A DNA stretch of 64,000 nt from an uncultured bacterium (GCA_964514655.1 CAZEQY010000005.1:37589-101588), one strand, 5' to 3'. Shown: positions 1-9,253, counted from the stretch's first letter. The notes: generated by a model from the sequence alone, not told the origin. Program-made: numbers and translations.

Positions 1-2395
1 AGAGCGCATCTAAAAATCTGCCAAGTACAAGGGGTTTACCCTCTTGTACAAGCTGTTCTAGGGGGATATTTATCCCTTTTATGTGGGCATGAAGGGTTGC
101 ATTTTTTGCAAGTTTCATCTCTTTTTGTTTTTCACTTTGGGCTAGGCTAAGCATGCTTTGTAGAGCCTGTAGCCTTTCTGGCGTTATCTGCCATTCGATA
201 ATTGCGCCGTCGCGATTTGTTGCTGATGTTATCTCTTTTGCAAGCTGTAGGTTAGTCTCTACGCTCACACCTTCGCCAGCTAGCTTGATAACAAGGGGCT
301 GGCTTGCTAGGGTATTGTCAAAGCCTAGCTTCCAGCTGCCTGAAAGAGTCTTGCCAAGAAGGGTTGTAAGTTCTGGTTTTTTTATAAAATCAGCAATAAG
401 GGCTGTCGGAAAGGCATTCATCTCGCCATCTAGTTGTAGCGACAGGGCCGGGAGCATGCTGTAGTCTGATACGGGTGTTTGTTTTGCTAGGTAGCGACAT
501 TCTAGATTTGTTGTAGCAGAAGTAACTGCTACCTTGCCTGAGACTTCCTTTTCAGCAAGTTTTATGCTAAAGGGAGCTTGTATTGCAAACTCGCCAAGTG
601 GCTTGATGGCAAGCGTACCCGTGATGGGGTCTTTTTCTGTTTCAGGAAGTTGTACATCTACTAAAGCCTTATAAGGGCCAGACTCTACCGATGTTGCTAC
701 AAGATTTGCACCTTTTGCTTTTTCGAGCAGCACAACAGTTTTTGCTACGTCGATATTTTTGCTGCCTTGTACAGAAAATGGCTCTATTGTAAGTGATGCA
801 TCAAGAGCTGTCATTTTTATTGGCTTATTTAAGGGAAACTCAAGAGAACTTACGGTTAGCTGTACGGGGATTTCAGTCGTTGTGATGTTTTTTTCTTGAG
901 GGATAAAGAAGGCAATAACTTCCGGAGAGACTTTGCAGTAGATGCTAGAGGGCTTTACTTTAAGGACGTTGTCTTCAAGCGTTGCTGCAAGGTTAATGTT
1001 TGCAGCATCAGAATGCATCTGAAGTTCACATGATGTTTCTTGATCGCTTATGTTGCTTATTGCTTCAACGCTTGTTGTTTTGCCTAAAAGGCTAGTAAGT
1101 GGTAGCGGCTCTTTAATAAAGCGGGCTATTTGGTTTGCAAGGGGGCCATTGAGGCGAGTCTTGCAGTTTGTTTCTGGCTGCTCTAGTGGGTGGTTGATTG
1201 TGCATAGGGCTTCAAGCGTGCTTACTTCCTTGCCAGTTGCTATAGAGGCATTGACTTTTGCTTCTATACTCTCTTGGAGGGCTAGAGCGCTAATTTGGCC
1301 TTGCATATTGAAGGTGAGGGGAGTGGGCCAGCTTGCGCTTTTTACTGTAAGAGGGGATTCAAGGTTCCATGTGAGGTCGATAGGCATTTTGCCATCTATG
1401 CCAAGTGTGCCGCTATAGGGATTTAGCGTTGCGTGAAGCGTTGTTGCCTTTTCTTGCTCTATGGCAAATGGTAGTAGCGTCGGATAGGCAGTCTGTAGGG
1501 CTTTGATAACATCTGGCTTTATGTTCCATTGTATGGTGCCTTCATCGGGTATTGTGAGGGTGTTGCCTTTAATACTTGCGCGAAGCTTTGTTGTAAGCTC
1601 GGGGCTGTTTAGCAGCATCGTTACGCCAAGTTCATCACCGCGAAGCGTGTGGGATATTTTGGCGTTAAGCTTGTTGCCAACTGCGGGGATTATAAGCTTG
1701 GCAAGGGCAGGGTTTACCATATTGACAAATGGCAGGCTTGCACTTATAGGAAACTGGTCTATATAGCAGTCTAGGCTTACTACGCTAGCAGCAGCTTGCA
1801 GATCTTGTCCGATAGCGTTTTTGTAGGCTTTACTTAGGTCAGCAAAATTTTGTGCTGTTGCGTTTACGTTGAGAGAGCCTTTTTCGTCTTTATTTTCTAC
1901 TTGGCAAGTGAGGTTTACTTTAGCTTGCCCCTGAGGCTGTATGTCGATGGCAATGTGCATGTCGCTAATAGTAAATTCGTTCTTCTGAAGTGGCTCTTGA
2001 GGCGTATTTTCTGGAGAGCCAAAAGCTTCTTCTATCGAAAAGTGGCCAGTATTGCTGTCATCTATAAGGGTGATTTTAGGGGAGTCTACTTCGATTTTGC
2101 CTTCGATAGCCGGGGCATGAATGAGTGAGAGGAGGGCAACGTCGCAGGAGATCTTTTTGAAGAGTGCCACTTTTCGCCCTTGTGGGTCTTGGATCTCAAG
2201 ACCTTTGATAGAGATGCCATCTGTCCAGCCTACGCGAATTTCTTGGGCATTGAGCTTGCCTGCGATACGCTTGTTAACAAATGAAAGCAAACACTGGTTC
2301 ACCTGAGAGATGGAAACGAGCATTGGCAAAAAGGAAATAAAGATGAGGCAGCTTGCGCTCACTATGAGCGTTACTTTAAAAATACGTTTTAGCAT
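1..2395 (-). CDS. AsmA/TamB-like large membrane-anchored protein, N-terminal ~798 codons (3' end lies outside the window)
   Basis: Missing from the ORF track because there is no stop codon inside the window. The reverse complement from the ATG at 2395-2393 reads MLKRIFKVTLIVSASCLIFISFLPML (TM anchor), then IRVGWTDGISIKGLEIQDPQGRKVALFKKISCDVALLSLI, which resembles AsmA/TamB N-termini. I checked the frame by hand for stops only at both ends. The plus-strand ORFs here are short shadow ORFs. Confidence 0.5.
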   Translation of the reverse strand, partial: MLKRIFKVTLIVSASCLIFISFLPMLVSISQVNQCLLSFVNKRIAGKLNAQEIRVGWTDGISIKGLEIQDPQGRKVALFKKISCDVALLSLIHAPAIEGKIEVDSPKITLIDDSNTGHFSIEEAFGSPENTPQEPLQKNEFTISDMHIAIDIQPQGQAKVNLTCQVENKDEKGSLNVNATAQNFADLSKAYKNAIGQDLQAAASVVSLDCYIDQFPISASLPFVNMVNPALAKLIIPAVGNKLNAKISHTLRGDELGVTMLLNSPELTTKLRASIKGNTLTIPDEGTIQWNIKPDVIKALQTAYPTLLPFAIEQEKATTLHATLNPYSGTLGIDGKMPIDLTWNLESPLTVKSASWPTPLTFNMQGQISALALQESIEAKVNASIATGKEVSTLEALCTINHPLEQPETNCKTRLNGPLANQIARFIKEPLPLTSLLGKTTSVEAISNISDQETSCELQMHSDAANINLAATLEDNVLKVKPSSIYCKVSPEVIAFFIPQEKNITTTEIPVQLTVSSLEFPLNKPIKMTALDASLTIEPFSVQGSKNIDVAKTVVLLEKAKGANLVATSVESGPYKALVDVQLPETEKDPITGTLAIKPLGEFAIQAPFSIKLAEKEVSGKVAVTSATTNLECRYLAKQTPVSDYSMLPALSLQLDGEMNAFPTALIADFIKKPELTTLLGKTLSGSWKLGFDNTLASQPLVIKLAGEGVSVETNLQLAKEITSATNRDGAIIEWQITPERLQALQSMLSLAQSEKQKEMKLAKNATLHAHIKGINIPLEQLVQEGKPLVLGRFLDAL

Positions 2396-2460
2396 AAGAG
2401 GTCCTACACCTGATTGAAAAAGAGATAGTATAACGTATCTCTATCAAAAGCACAAGGTCC

Positions 2461-2490
2461 TTGACTCAAATAAGTCCTTATAAGTAATAC
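2461..2490 (+). promoter_or_regulatory. Possible sigma70-like promoter upstream of the SOD gene
   Basis: TTGACT (2461-2466), an 18-nt spacer, then TAATAC (2485-2490), about 28 nt before the ATG at 2518. This is a consensus match only. Confidence 0.25.
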
Positions 2491-2517
2491 TAAAAATTAA
2501 ATATACCAAGAGGATTT

Positions 2518-3246
2518 ATGAGTTCTCGTAAAGTACTAATAGGATTTGGCGTGGCTGCATTACTTACTCTCATATGTGCTATGCAGATGGAGCCAAAAGC
2601 AAGTAGCATTGTTGCTCAGGTAAATCGCGAAGTATGGCCATTTACCTTGCCGCCACTACCTTTTGACTATACTACTTTAGAGCCTGTTATTGACGCTAAA
2701 ACAGTAGATATACACTATAGCCGACATCATAAGGCCTATGTGGATGCGCTTAATAAGGCAATTGGAGGATCCCGCTTTCAAAAGCTGAAGCTAGAAGAGC
2801 TTTTTGCACAAGCAAGCAAACTGCCGGCACCGATTCGCAATAACGCAGGCGGTCACTGGAACCACACCTTTTACTGGAGCATCATGCGAAGCCCTGCCAA
2901 TAATCCTGGCCCAAGCCCAAGGTTGGTAGAAGCTTTAAACAAAAATTTTGGATCTTTTGATGCCTTTAAAGCTAAGTTTAGAGAAGCTGGCCTTACAGAC
3001 TTTGGAAGTGGCTGGTCATGGCTTGTGCTTATGCCGGATGGCACCTTGCAGGTCTATGCCTCTCATAATCAAGATAATCCGCTTATGGACAATGCAGAAG
3101 TTAGGGGAAAACCGCTACTTGCCTGCGATGTTTGGGAACATGCCTACTACCTAAAATACCTAAACAGGCGAGATGAGTACATGGATAGCTTTTGGAATAT
3201 AGTCGACTGGCAGCGTGTTGAAGCGCGCATGCAAGGTGATCAGTAG
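2518..3246 (+). CDS. Fe/Mn-family superoxide dismutase with an N-terminal hydrophobic (export) extension
   Basis: DIHYSRHHKAYV, NNAGGHWNHTFYW and the family signature DVWEHAYYL are all present. The first ~25 aa (KVLIGFGVAALLTLICA) look like a signal peptide or anchor. Confidence 0.9.
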   Translation: MSSRKVLIGFGVAALLTLICAMQMEPKASSIVAQVNREVWPFTLPPLPFDYTTLEPVIDAKTVDIHYSRHHKAYVDALNKAIGGSRFQKLKLEELFAQASKLPAPIRNNAGGHWNHTFYWSIMRSPANNPGPSPRLVEALNKNFGSFDAFKAKFREAGLTDFGSGWSWLVLMPDGTLQVYASHNQDNPLMDNAEVRGKPLLACDVWEHAYYLKYLNRRDEYMDSFWNIVDWQRVEARMQGDQ

Positions 3247-3247
3247 T

Positions 3248-4675
3248 ATGAGTTCGGTAGGGCGTGATAAGCATGTTGCTAGAAGCAATTTTGCCCACGA
3301 AAAGAGTGCGCCAGTTAAAAAGAGGCCTGCCTCTCGTAAAATAGCCACAAAGATTGTAAAGCTAGAGCTTTTGCATACAGCTGAAAAGATGAGAAAATTG
3401 ATTCAGCCACTTTTGCCTATTGAGGGAAGAGATGTCTATTTTGTAAACCAAACAAATCCCCACGCGGTGTTCAAGCCGGGAAAGACAAATACCGTAAAAG
3501 CTATCTTGTGTGCCAAGGTCGCAAAAATCGTTGGGCTTGATGCAAGCGTTCCCAAGGCAATAGAGGCTAGGGTTCCACAGCTTGTCAGTTCTGATGATCT
3601 TGACACTTTTGGTAATCCAATAGAATACGAAGAGGTCCTTGTGAACGGCCAAAAGTGGTTGATAAATCCAGACGATGCTCTTGGCATACGGTATGAACGA
3701 ATAGATTCTGAAGGGCACTTTATAAAGCTAGAAGATGGTTCAAGCTATATTCTTGAACAGGTAGGCGATGCCTACTATGCCAAGGTGACAAGTGATGATG
3801 AGGAGACAGACACTGAAGATAGCTTTGATGATGAGCTTGTGGTCATAGCATCAATAGATGATGAGCCTCTTTTAGTGAGAAAAAGTGGCGCGCACCTTGT
3901 TAGCGAGAATGAAGATAGCCCTCATGTTATGCGAAGGGGAGTGCGGTATGATTTTGAAGAGTCAAAGCTTGTTGCTAAAGATGTTGAAGGCTTTTTGCAG
4001 CCATTTGTAAAAGACGTTGTTACCGAAATTGGAGGCAATAAAGTAGATGTTACGCGATCTTCTACTGTGCGCAATACATTTTATGCCATGATCAACATGA
4101 ATTCGTTTATCGACAGTATGGTGCTTGCCACACTTTTTAGAACGCAAGATGGTAAGGCAACAAGTCTTGAAGAAACGAATTTTCTATTTACTCAAGAGAA
4201 AGATCACCTCAACCTTGTGCTCATAGACCTTGATGAAACCTTTCCAATAGATAATGGAATCACCAAAGATCCGGAACTTGTAAAGCACGGGGATGTTGCT
4301 GCTTTACGTCTTGGGCTAATGGGCTATCCACAAGCTCATCAAAATCTAGAAGGTGAAGCTAAAGAGCATCTAGAAGCACTTTTAACGACTATCGAAGCTA
4401 ATAGAGCTCGTCTTGTACGTGCTTGTAGCAAATACCAGGACAAAGAAGTGCAGGCTGCCTTTATGCAAGTGCTAGACAGGCTCCAAGTCTTTCATGAGAC
4501 TAAAACCCATGAGCCATACACCCTTGCAGATCTAGTCTTTTTTGTATTTCCCGAATATGAAAAACAGTGGCAACAACTAGCCAAAACCAACCTATCAAAA
4601 GAAGAAATTGCCGCCTATATAGGCTACGGCAGTATAGCAGAACTACAAGCCCACAAACCTAAATTATTTGCATAA
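3248..4675 (+). CDS. PI3/PI4-kinase-like protein (type II PI4K-like), candidate effector
   Basis: GRDVYFVNQTNPHAVFKPGK resembles the type II PI4K block GSYFV...AVFKPK. LFRTQDGK...ETNFLF and LVLIDLDETFP resemble DRGNDNWLI and IDNGLAFP. An acidic tract TSDDEETDTEDSFDDE is present. I chose the start at ATG 3248 (AAGGTGA lies 10 nt upstream) rather than 3215, which overlaps sod. Confidence 0.5.
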   Translation: MSSVGRDKHVARSNFAHEKSAPVKKRPASRKIATKIVKLELLHTAEKMRKLIQPLLPIEGRDVYFVNQTNPHAVFKPGKTNTVKAILCAKVAKIVGLDASVPKAIEARVPQLVSSDDLDTFGNPIEYEEVLVNGQKWLINPDDALGIRYERIDSEGHFIKLEDGSSYILEQVGDAYYAKVTSDDEETDTEDSFDDELVVIASIDDEPLLVRKSGAHLVSENEDSPHVMRRGVRYDFEESKLVAKDVEGFLQPFVKDVVTEIGGNKVDVTRSSTVRNTFYAMINMNSFIDSMVLATLFRTQDGKATSLEETNFLFTQEKDHLNLVLIDLDETFPIDNGITKDPELVKHGDVAALRLGLMGYPQAHQNLEGEAKEHLEALLTTIEANRARLVRACSKYQDKEVQAAFMQVLDRLQVFHETKTHEPYTLADLVFFVFPEYEKQWQQLAKTNLSKEEIAAYIGYGSIAELQAHKPKLFA

Positions 4676-4720
4676 ATCATCATGATTCAGGCATACCAAT
4701 CCAAATAAAATGGGGACACA

Positions 4721-5263
4721 ATGTATATCGACAAACTCACTTCGGCAGCATCTTATATAAAGGGCGCTCTTGCGGCTCTTCCGGCGGCAGTTACAAAACA
4801 AGTAACGGACAACGTGGCATGGGTTGCAAGTACATTTTTGCAAAATTCCGCCAATAGCTACTGCCTTGCCCCGCCAGGATCACAATTTACAAGTAATTTA
4901 ACATGTAGTACCCCTGAAATTGCAGTTCGAGAGTTTACATTACTTATGCAAAACTGTAGTGCCGTGCGGGTCACCGGAGAATTCTGCAAAGACCTGCTTA
5001 AAAAAATAACATATGGGGATGGTGCATGCACTCTAGCGTACAACGACCCCATATACGCCTGTTTTGACAGTATCCTAAACGCGACAGTTCCCAGTAGTCC
5101 ACTGCCTAACACATCATCAGTCAACGAAATTATCATAGGCTCGGCGTTGGGCGGTGCGTTGGTACTCAGTGTAGTAGTGGTAGTCGCTTGCGCCTACAAC
5201 CACGAAAAAATCGCTAGGTGTTGCCGAGGCCTCCGCAAAGGAAGCTATGGGGAGATTGTATAG
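4721..5263 (+). CDS. Hypothetical Cys-rich protein with a single C-terminal TM helix and a short basic tail
   Basis: 180-aa ORF with a C-terminal IIIGSALGGALVLSVVVVVACAY followed by NHEKIARCCRGLRKG. It has about 12 Cys in total. Confidence 0.55.
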   Translation: MYIDKLTSAASYIKGALAALPAAVTKQVTDNVAWVASTFLQNSANSYCLAPPGSQFTSNLTCSTPEIAVREFTLLMQNCSAVRVTGEFCKDLLKKITYGDGACTLAYNDPIYACFDSILNATVPSSPLPNTSSVNEIIIGSALGGALVLSVVVVVACAYNHEKIARCCRGLRKGSYGEIV

Positions 5264-5275
5264 GCAAAGGTGAGT

Positions 5276-5510
5276 ATGAACAAAATAAAGAAATTAGCAC
5301 GAGAACAAAGCATTCTAATTTTTTTATGACGGCCCTGTGACAAATGAAAATGAGTCTGAAAGTCGGCAAGTGGCAGCAAAAATGCAAGAAGATTTTCCAG
5401 CAAATGCTATAACCGTAAGGTGTTTACAGGTAGATTATCCGAATGATTTCCCAAAACAAGAAGGAACAAATTCAACTTGGCTTTACGCACGTAAAGAACC
5501 AAGGGAATAG
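5276..5510 (+). pseudogene. Possible frameshifted small ORF (break at a T7 homopolymer)
   Basis: An ATG at 5276 follows AAAGGTGAG. The reading MNKIKKLAREQSILIFL stops at 5327-5329 just after a run of 7 T. The +1 frame continues FFYDGPVTNENESESRQVAAKMQEDFPANAITVRCLQVDYPNDF... to a TAG at 5508-5510. Removing one T would fuse the two frames. Confidence 0.3.
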
Positions 5511-5546
5511 GTTTTAACATGGACATTCTTGAGGATTATGAACAAA

Positions 5547-5963
5547 TTATTCCCAGGGGTTAATGAGGGGGATTTTGGTGGGCTGAAAATCTTTTACGTT
5601 GCGGGTGACGCAAGATAAGCCGTGAGATTTTGCGGTAGCTGCAATGTACAAATCCTGTACGCCCACAATATGGCCTTTCTTAAGTAGGCTTGAATTTAGG
5701 TAAGCCCATTCTTTTGCGACATGATCGTCAATTGGTAGTATGCGGTCTTTAAAGCGAGAATAGACTTCGCCAAACAACCAATTTTCTAAATCTTTTTTCT
5801 TTTTAGAAGGGGGTAGGCGTTCAATGCCATCGAGCAGTTCAGCAATTGTGATAACTGAGATAAAAAAGAGCTCTTGGTCGATGCTCTCAAACCAGCTTCT
5901 CACGTTATCAGGAACGCTTTTTCGTAGTTCACTTATAACACAGGTGTCTAACAGGTAACTCAT
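5547..5963 (-). CDS. vapC: Type II toxin, PIN-domain VapC/FitB family
   Basis: The N-terminus MSYLLDTCVISELRK is typical of a PIN domain. The protein is 138 aa and overlaps the upstream antitoxin gene by 4 bp. Confidence 0.85.
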   Translation of the reverse strand: MSYLLDTCVISELRKSVPDNVRSWFESIDQELFFISVITIAELLDGIERLPPSKKKKDLENWLFGEVYSRFKDRILPIDDHVAKEWAYLNSSLLKKGHIVGVQDLYIAATAKSHGLSCVTRNVKDFQPTKIPLINPWE

Positions 5964-6232
5964 AATTCAACCGATCTGGGCAAATCTTTACGTCTTTCTA
6001 TCTGTAGATCGACATCTCTATGCGGTGATCTTTGAAAAAAGTTGACAAGACTTTCTCGAGATTGGGTGAGCTTATGATAATCTTTATCTGAAATTATCCA
6101 GCATGTTGCTTGACCCCGATGAGTAACCATTTGAGGACCATCGGCGTTTGCAAGGCGAACTACCTCACTGAACTTTTGCTTTGCTTCCTGGACTTGCCAG
6201 GTATTATCACTGTGGTGATGGTGCTGATGCAT
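5960..6232 (-). CDS. Type II antitoxin, Phd/YefM-like (VapB partner)
   Basis: WQVQEAKQKFSEVVRLANADGPQMVTHRGQATCWIISDKDYHKL matches the Phd/YefM N-terminal pattern. The 90-aa protein is translationally coupled to vapC. Confidence 0.8.
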   Translation of the reverse strand: MHQHHHHSDNTWQVQEAKQKFSEVVRLANADGPQMVTHRGQATCWIISDKDYHKLTQSRESLVNFFQRSPHRDVDLQIERRKDLPRSVEL

Positions 6233-6307
6233 ATTTCCTCCTGCCTAGGCTGTCTAGACATATTCTACCAGATATTGATATATAGGTCAACGGTCAAGAT
6301 TTTTATC

Positions 6308-6616
6308 CTATAGATACTTTTTGGGCTTAATTTGTGATGGATCAATTGCAAATTGGACCTTACGTTGTTCGATAATCATTTTGGTAAGTTGATCAGCAGT
6401 AGTTGATGTGCCTGGTTTTAAGTTAATACCCAATTTTTTTAATACTTGCCTGAGTACTTCAGGTCCATAAATTACTGCAGTTTCGACAAATTGGCGAACT
6501 TTTTGAGCACTGCCTTCTTGCTTAGCTTCTTGTATTTTGCTGCAGATCTCTTCGACTGTAAAGGGGCGTGATCCTTGCTCTTCAGGTAGAGGAACTGATT
6601 CTGGGATACTATTCAT
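6308..6616 (-). CDS. Hypothetical protein
   Basis: 102-aa ORF on the same strand as its neighbours. No recognisable motif. Confidence 0.45.
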   Translation of the reverse strand: MNSIPESVPLPEEQGSRPFTVEEICSKIQEAKQEGSAQKVRQFVETAVIYGPEVLRQVLKKLGINLKPGTSTTADQLTKMIIEQRKVQFAIDPSQIKPKKYL

Positions 6617-6693
6617 TGCTAAATCTCCTATTTTGGGTGGTTTAGGAATTCTATCTTACACCCTTGCTCTCTCGTAACGTCTGATAATAGATG

Positions 6694-7263
6694 TTATGTT
6701 GCTTTGCGGCCAGATAGCTTCTCTGCGATCTCTCTGTACTGTGGGTCGGCTCTTCGGATGTTGATTTTGGCGTATCTTGGCTCTTTCCAGTCGTCTGCTT
6801 TATTTAGCTCTTCTTCCAGCTTTGTTTTGAATTGATCGCTTATTTTTACGTGATTCTGGCCTGAGCTAACCCGTAGCTCCCTTGAATTTGTGATGCCTAA
6901 GGCTTCCATGGCAGCATTAAATTGTTTTTCTGATACATCGGCTTCTTTTCCCTCTTTTATAGGAGTTATTACCTCATCAAGGTAATGTTTTTTAAGCTCA
7001 GAAACCATGGTTCTAACGTCACCATCTTTTGCAATATTTTGCTCATTGCAAAATTTTGTAAGGCTTTCTTGATCAACGATATACGTTTTTCCGCCGAGGT
7101 TTAGCTGTGTGCCATCAAAGTTGCTTGCCAAAGCCTTGAAAAACGCTAATACTGGGTGAGCCTTGCCGTACTCCTCAAGGTCAATAGCTTTTACGCCTGC
7201 TTGTTGGTGGACAGTTTTCATGTCTGAAAATAGTGTTACATCATAGGAAATTGACATATACAT
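6694..7263 (-). CDS. Hypothetical protein
   Basis: 189-aa ORF with GAGGAGG just upstream of the ATG on the minus strand. No recognisable motif. Confidence 0.55.
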   Translation of the reverse strand: MYMSISYDVTLFSDMKTVHQQAGVKAIDLEEYGKAHPVLAFFKALASNFDGTQLNLGGKTYIVDQESLTKFCNEQNIAKDGDVRTMVSELKKHYLDEVITPIKEGKEADVSEKQFNAAMEALGITNSRELRVSSGQNHVKISDQFKTKLEEELNKADDWKEPRYAKINIRRADPQYREIAEKLSGRKAT

Positions 7264-7382
7264 CCTCCTCTATAATTACCTAATAATATTTATAAACTAT
7301 TATTGAATTTATTGCAAACTTAAGATGGACCGTAATCCCCGTTGATGCATTACCTGCTGTTCTGATAAAGTATCTGCTTTAT

Positions 7383-9188
7383 ATGATCCAGTTTGAAGAT
7401 GTTACAAAGGCCTATGGTGGCCAGTTAGTTATAGAGCATGTGAGCTTTGCTTTGGCAAGTCGCGAGCGCCTTGCCCTTGTTGGTAGAAATGGTGCAGGCA
7501 AGACTACCCTCTTTCGGCTTATTATGGGGATTGAAGAGCCTGATGAGGGCAAGATTCGGCTGCCAAAAGGCTACAAAGTAGGCATGCTGGAGCAGCACAT
7601 TCACTTTACAAAAGAGACAGTGCTTGATGAAGCCTGTCTTGGGCTTAGCCACGAAGAAAAAGATAATGTCTATAAGGCTGAAAGCATTTTATTTGGCCTT
7701 GGCTTTCAAAAAGATGACCTTGCAAAGTCGCCTTCGCTATTTTCTGGTGGCTATCACCTGCGGCTACATCTTGCAAAGCTTTTACTTTCTCAGCCAGACT
7801 GTTTGCTACTAGATGAGCCTACAAACTATCTTGATATCTTGTCTATACGGTGGCTTGGGCAGTTTTTGCGCAATTGGCCGGGCGAGCTTATTATGATCTC
7901 CCACGATAGACAGTTTTTAGATAGTGTTTGTACGCACACAGTTGGTATTCATAGAAAAGGCATTAAAAAGGTTCAGGGACCAACTGAAAAGCTTTTTGAG
8001 CAGCTTGCACTCGAAGAAGAGGTCTACGAAAAGACGCGCGTTGCTCTAGAAAAAAAGAAGGCTCACCTTCAGTCGTTTATAGACCGCTTTGGGGCAAAAA
8101 ACACAAAAGCAGCTCAAGCTCAAGCTCGCCAAAAAGCGATAAATAGACTTCCCTCACTCTCAGCGTTATGTTCTATAGATAATCTTAGCTTTAGCTTTCC
8201 AGCTGCTCACACAAATTCTAAAGTTCTGCTTAAGGTAAATGAGCTGTCGTTTGGCTACACAACTCCCCTCATCCAAAACTTTTCGCTAGAACTTGAAAAA
8301 GATGCGCGACTTGGCATCATCGGCAAAAACGGCAAGGGAAAGTCCACGCTGCTACGCCTTTTTCTTGGCGATCTTACGCCGGTAAGCGGCACAATAACGC
8401 TTACCTCAGGTATTACCGTGGGCTACTTTGGTCAAAGCCATATTGAGCGTCTGCACCTTGACAATACGGTGATGGATGAAATACGCGCCGCAAATCCAAA
8501 CCTCAGCCAGCAAGATGCCCGCAGCATTGCCGGCAAGATGATGTTTACGCAAGATCGCTCAGAAAAAAAGATAGGTGTGCTCTCTGGTGGCGAGAGAAGC
8601 CGCGTTGTTCTTGGCAAGCTTTTAGCAAAGCCATGTCATATGCTGCTTCTAGATGAGCCCACAAATCACCTTGACGTTGAGTCGATGGAAGCCTTTATGG
8701 ATGCGCTAGAAGAGTTTGAAGGTGCTGTATGTATTGTTACCCACTCTGAGCTTGTACTAGAAAGACTTGCCACAAAGCTTATTGTCTTTCAAAATAACAC
8801 CCAGCAGCTATTTTTGGGCGGCTACGATGAGTTTTTGCAAAAAGGTGGCTGGCAAGAAGAAGTAGAGACTCAAGAAAAAGCTCCTCGTCTACAAAAAGAA
8901 GCAAAAAGAGAGCGTGCAGAACTTGTTAACGAACGCTCGCGCGCCCTAAAGCCACATACAAAAAAGCAAGAAGAGCTAGAAGGGCGCATCATAAAGAGCG
9001 AAGAAGAAGTGGCAGAGTTTAATACACAGCTTCTACAGGCTGTTCAGGAAGGTAAATCTAGCGCTATTGGCGAGTTGTCAAAATCCATTAAGGAGCGGCA
9101 AAATTTGATTGATCAACTTTTTGTCGAGCTTGAAGAAGTTTCTAATAAAATCGAAGAAATCAAGCAGCAATATCAGGCCCGACTTTAA
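7383..9188 (+). CDS. ABC-F family ATPase (two ABC domains, no TM domain, C-terminal coiled coil)
   Basis: Walker A motifs GRNGAGKTT and GKNGKGKST, signature motifs FSGGYHLR and LSGGERSR, and a K/E-rich C-terminal tail. Confidence 0.9.
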   Translation: MIQFEDVTKAYGGQLVIEHVSFALASRERLALVGRNGAGKTTLFRLIMGIEEPDEGKIRLPKGYKVGMLEQHIHFTKETVLDEACLGLSHEEKDNVYKAESILFGLGFQKDDLAKSPSLFSGGYHLRLHLAKLLLSQPDCLLLDEPTNYLDILSIRWLGQFLRNWPGELIMISHDRQFLDSVCTHTVGIHRKGIKKVQGPTEKLFEQLALEEEVYEKTRVALEKKKAHLQSFIDRFGAKNTKAAQAQARQKAINRLPSLSALCSIDNLSFSFPAAHTNSKVLLKVNELSFGYTTPLIQNFSLELEKDARLGIIGKNGKGKSTLLRLFLGDLTPVSGTITLTSGITVGYFGQSHIERLHLDNTVMDEIRAANPNLSQQDARSIAGKMMFTQDRSEKKIGVLSGGERSRVVLGKLLAKPCHMLLLDEPTNHLDVESMEAFMDALEEFEGAVCIVTHSELVLERLATKLIVFQNNTQQLFLGGYDEFLQKGGWQEEVETQEKAPRLQKEAKRERAELVNERSRALKPHTKKQEELEGRIIKSEEEVAEFNTQLLQAVQEGKSSAIGELSKSIKERQNLIDQLFVELEEVSNKIEEIKQQYQARL

Positions 9189-9253
9189 GTATTGATTTTT
9201 TGATTGTGAAAAATCGCAAAAGTTGTCATAGATGTTTCATACAGGAGAAGACT

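Noticed and set aside
153-2306. Five plus-strand ORFs of 61-122 aa at the left edge of the window
   Set aside because: They have low-complexity, Leu/Ser/Arg-rich shadow composition. The minus strand carries one continuous open frame from an ATG at 2395 to the window edge, with a credible TM anchor and an AsmA/TamB-like sequence.
6212-6232. His run (MHQHHHH) at the antitoxin N-terminus that resembles an engineered affinity tag
   Set aside because: It has only four consecutive His and no linker, protease site or vector sequence. The genomic context is native.
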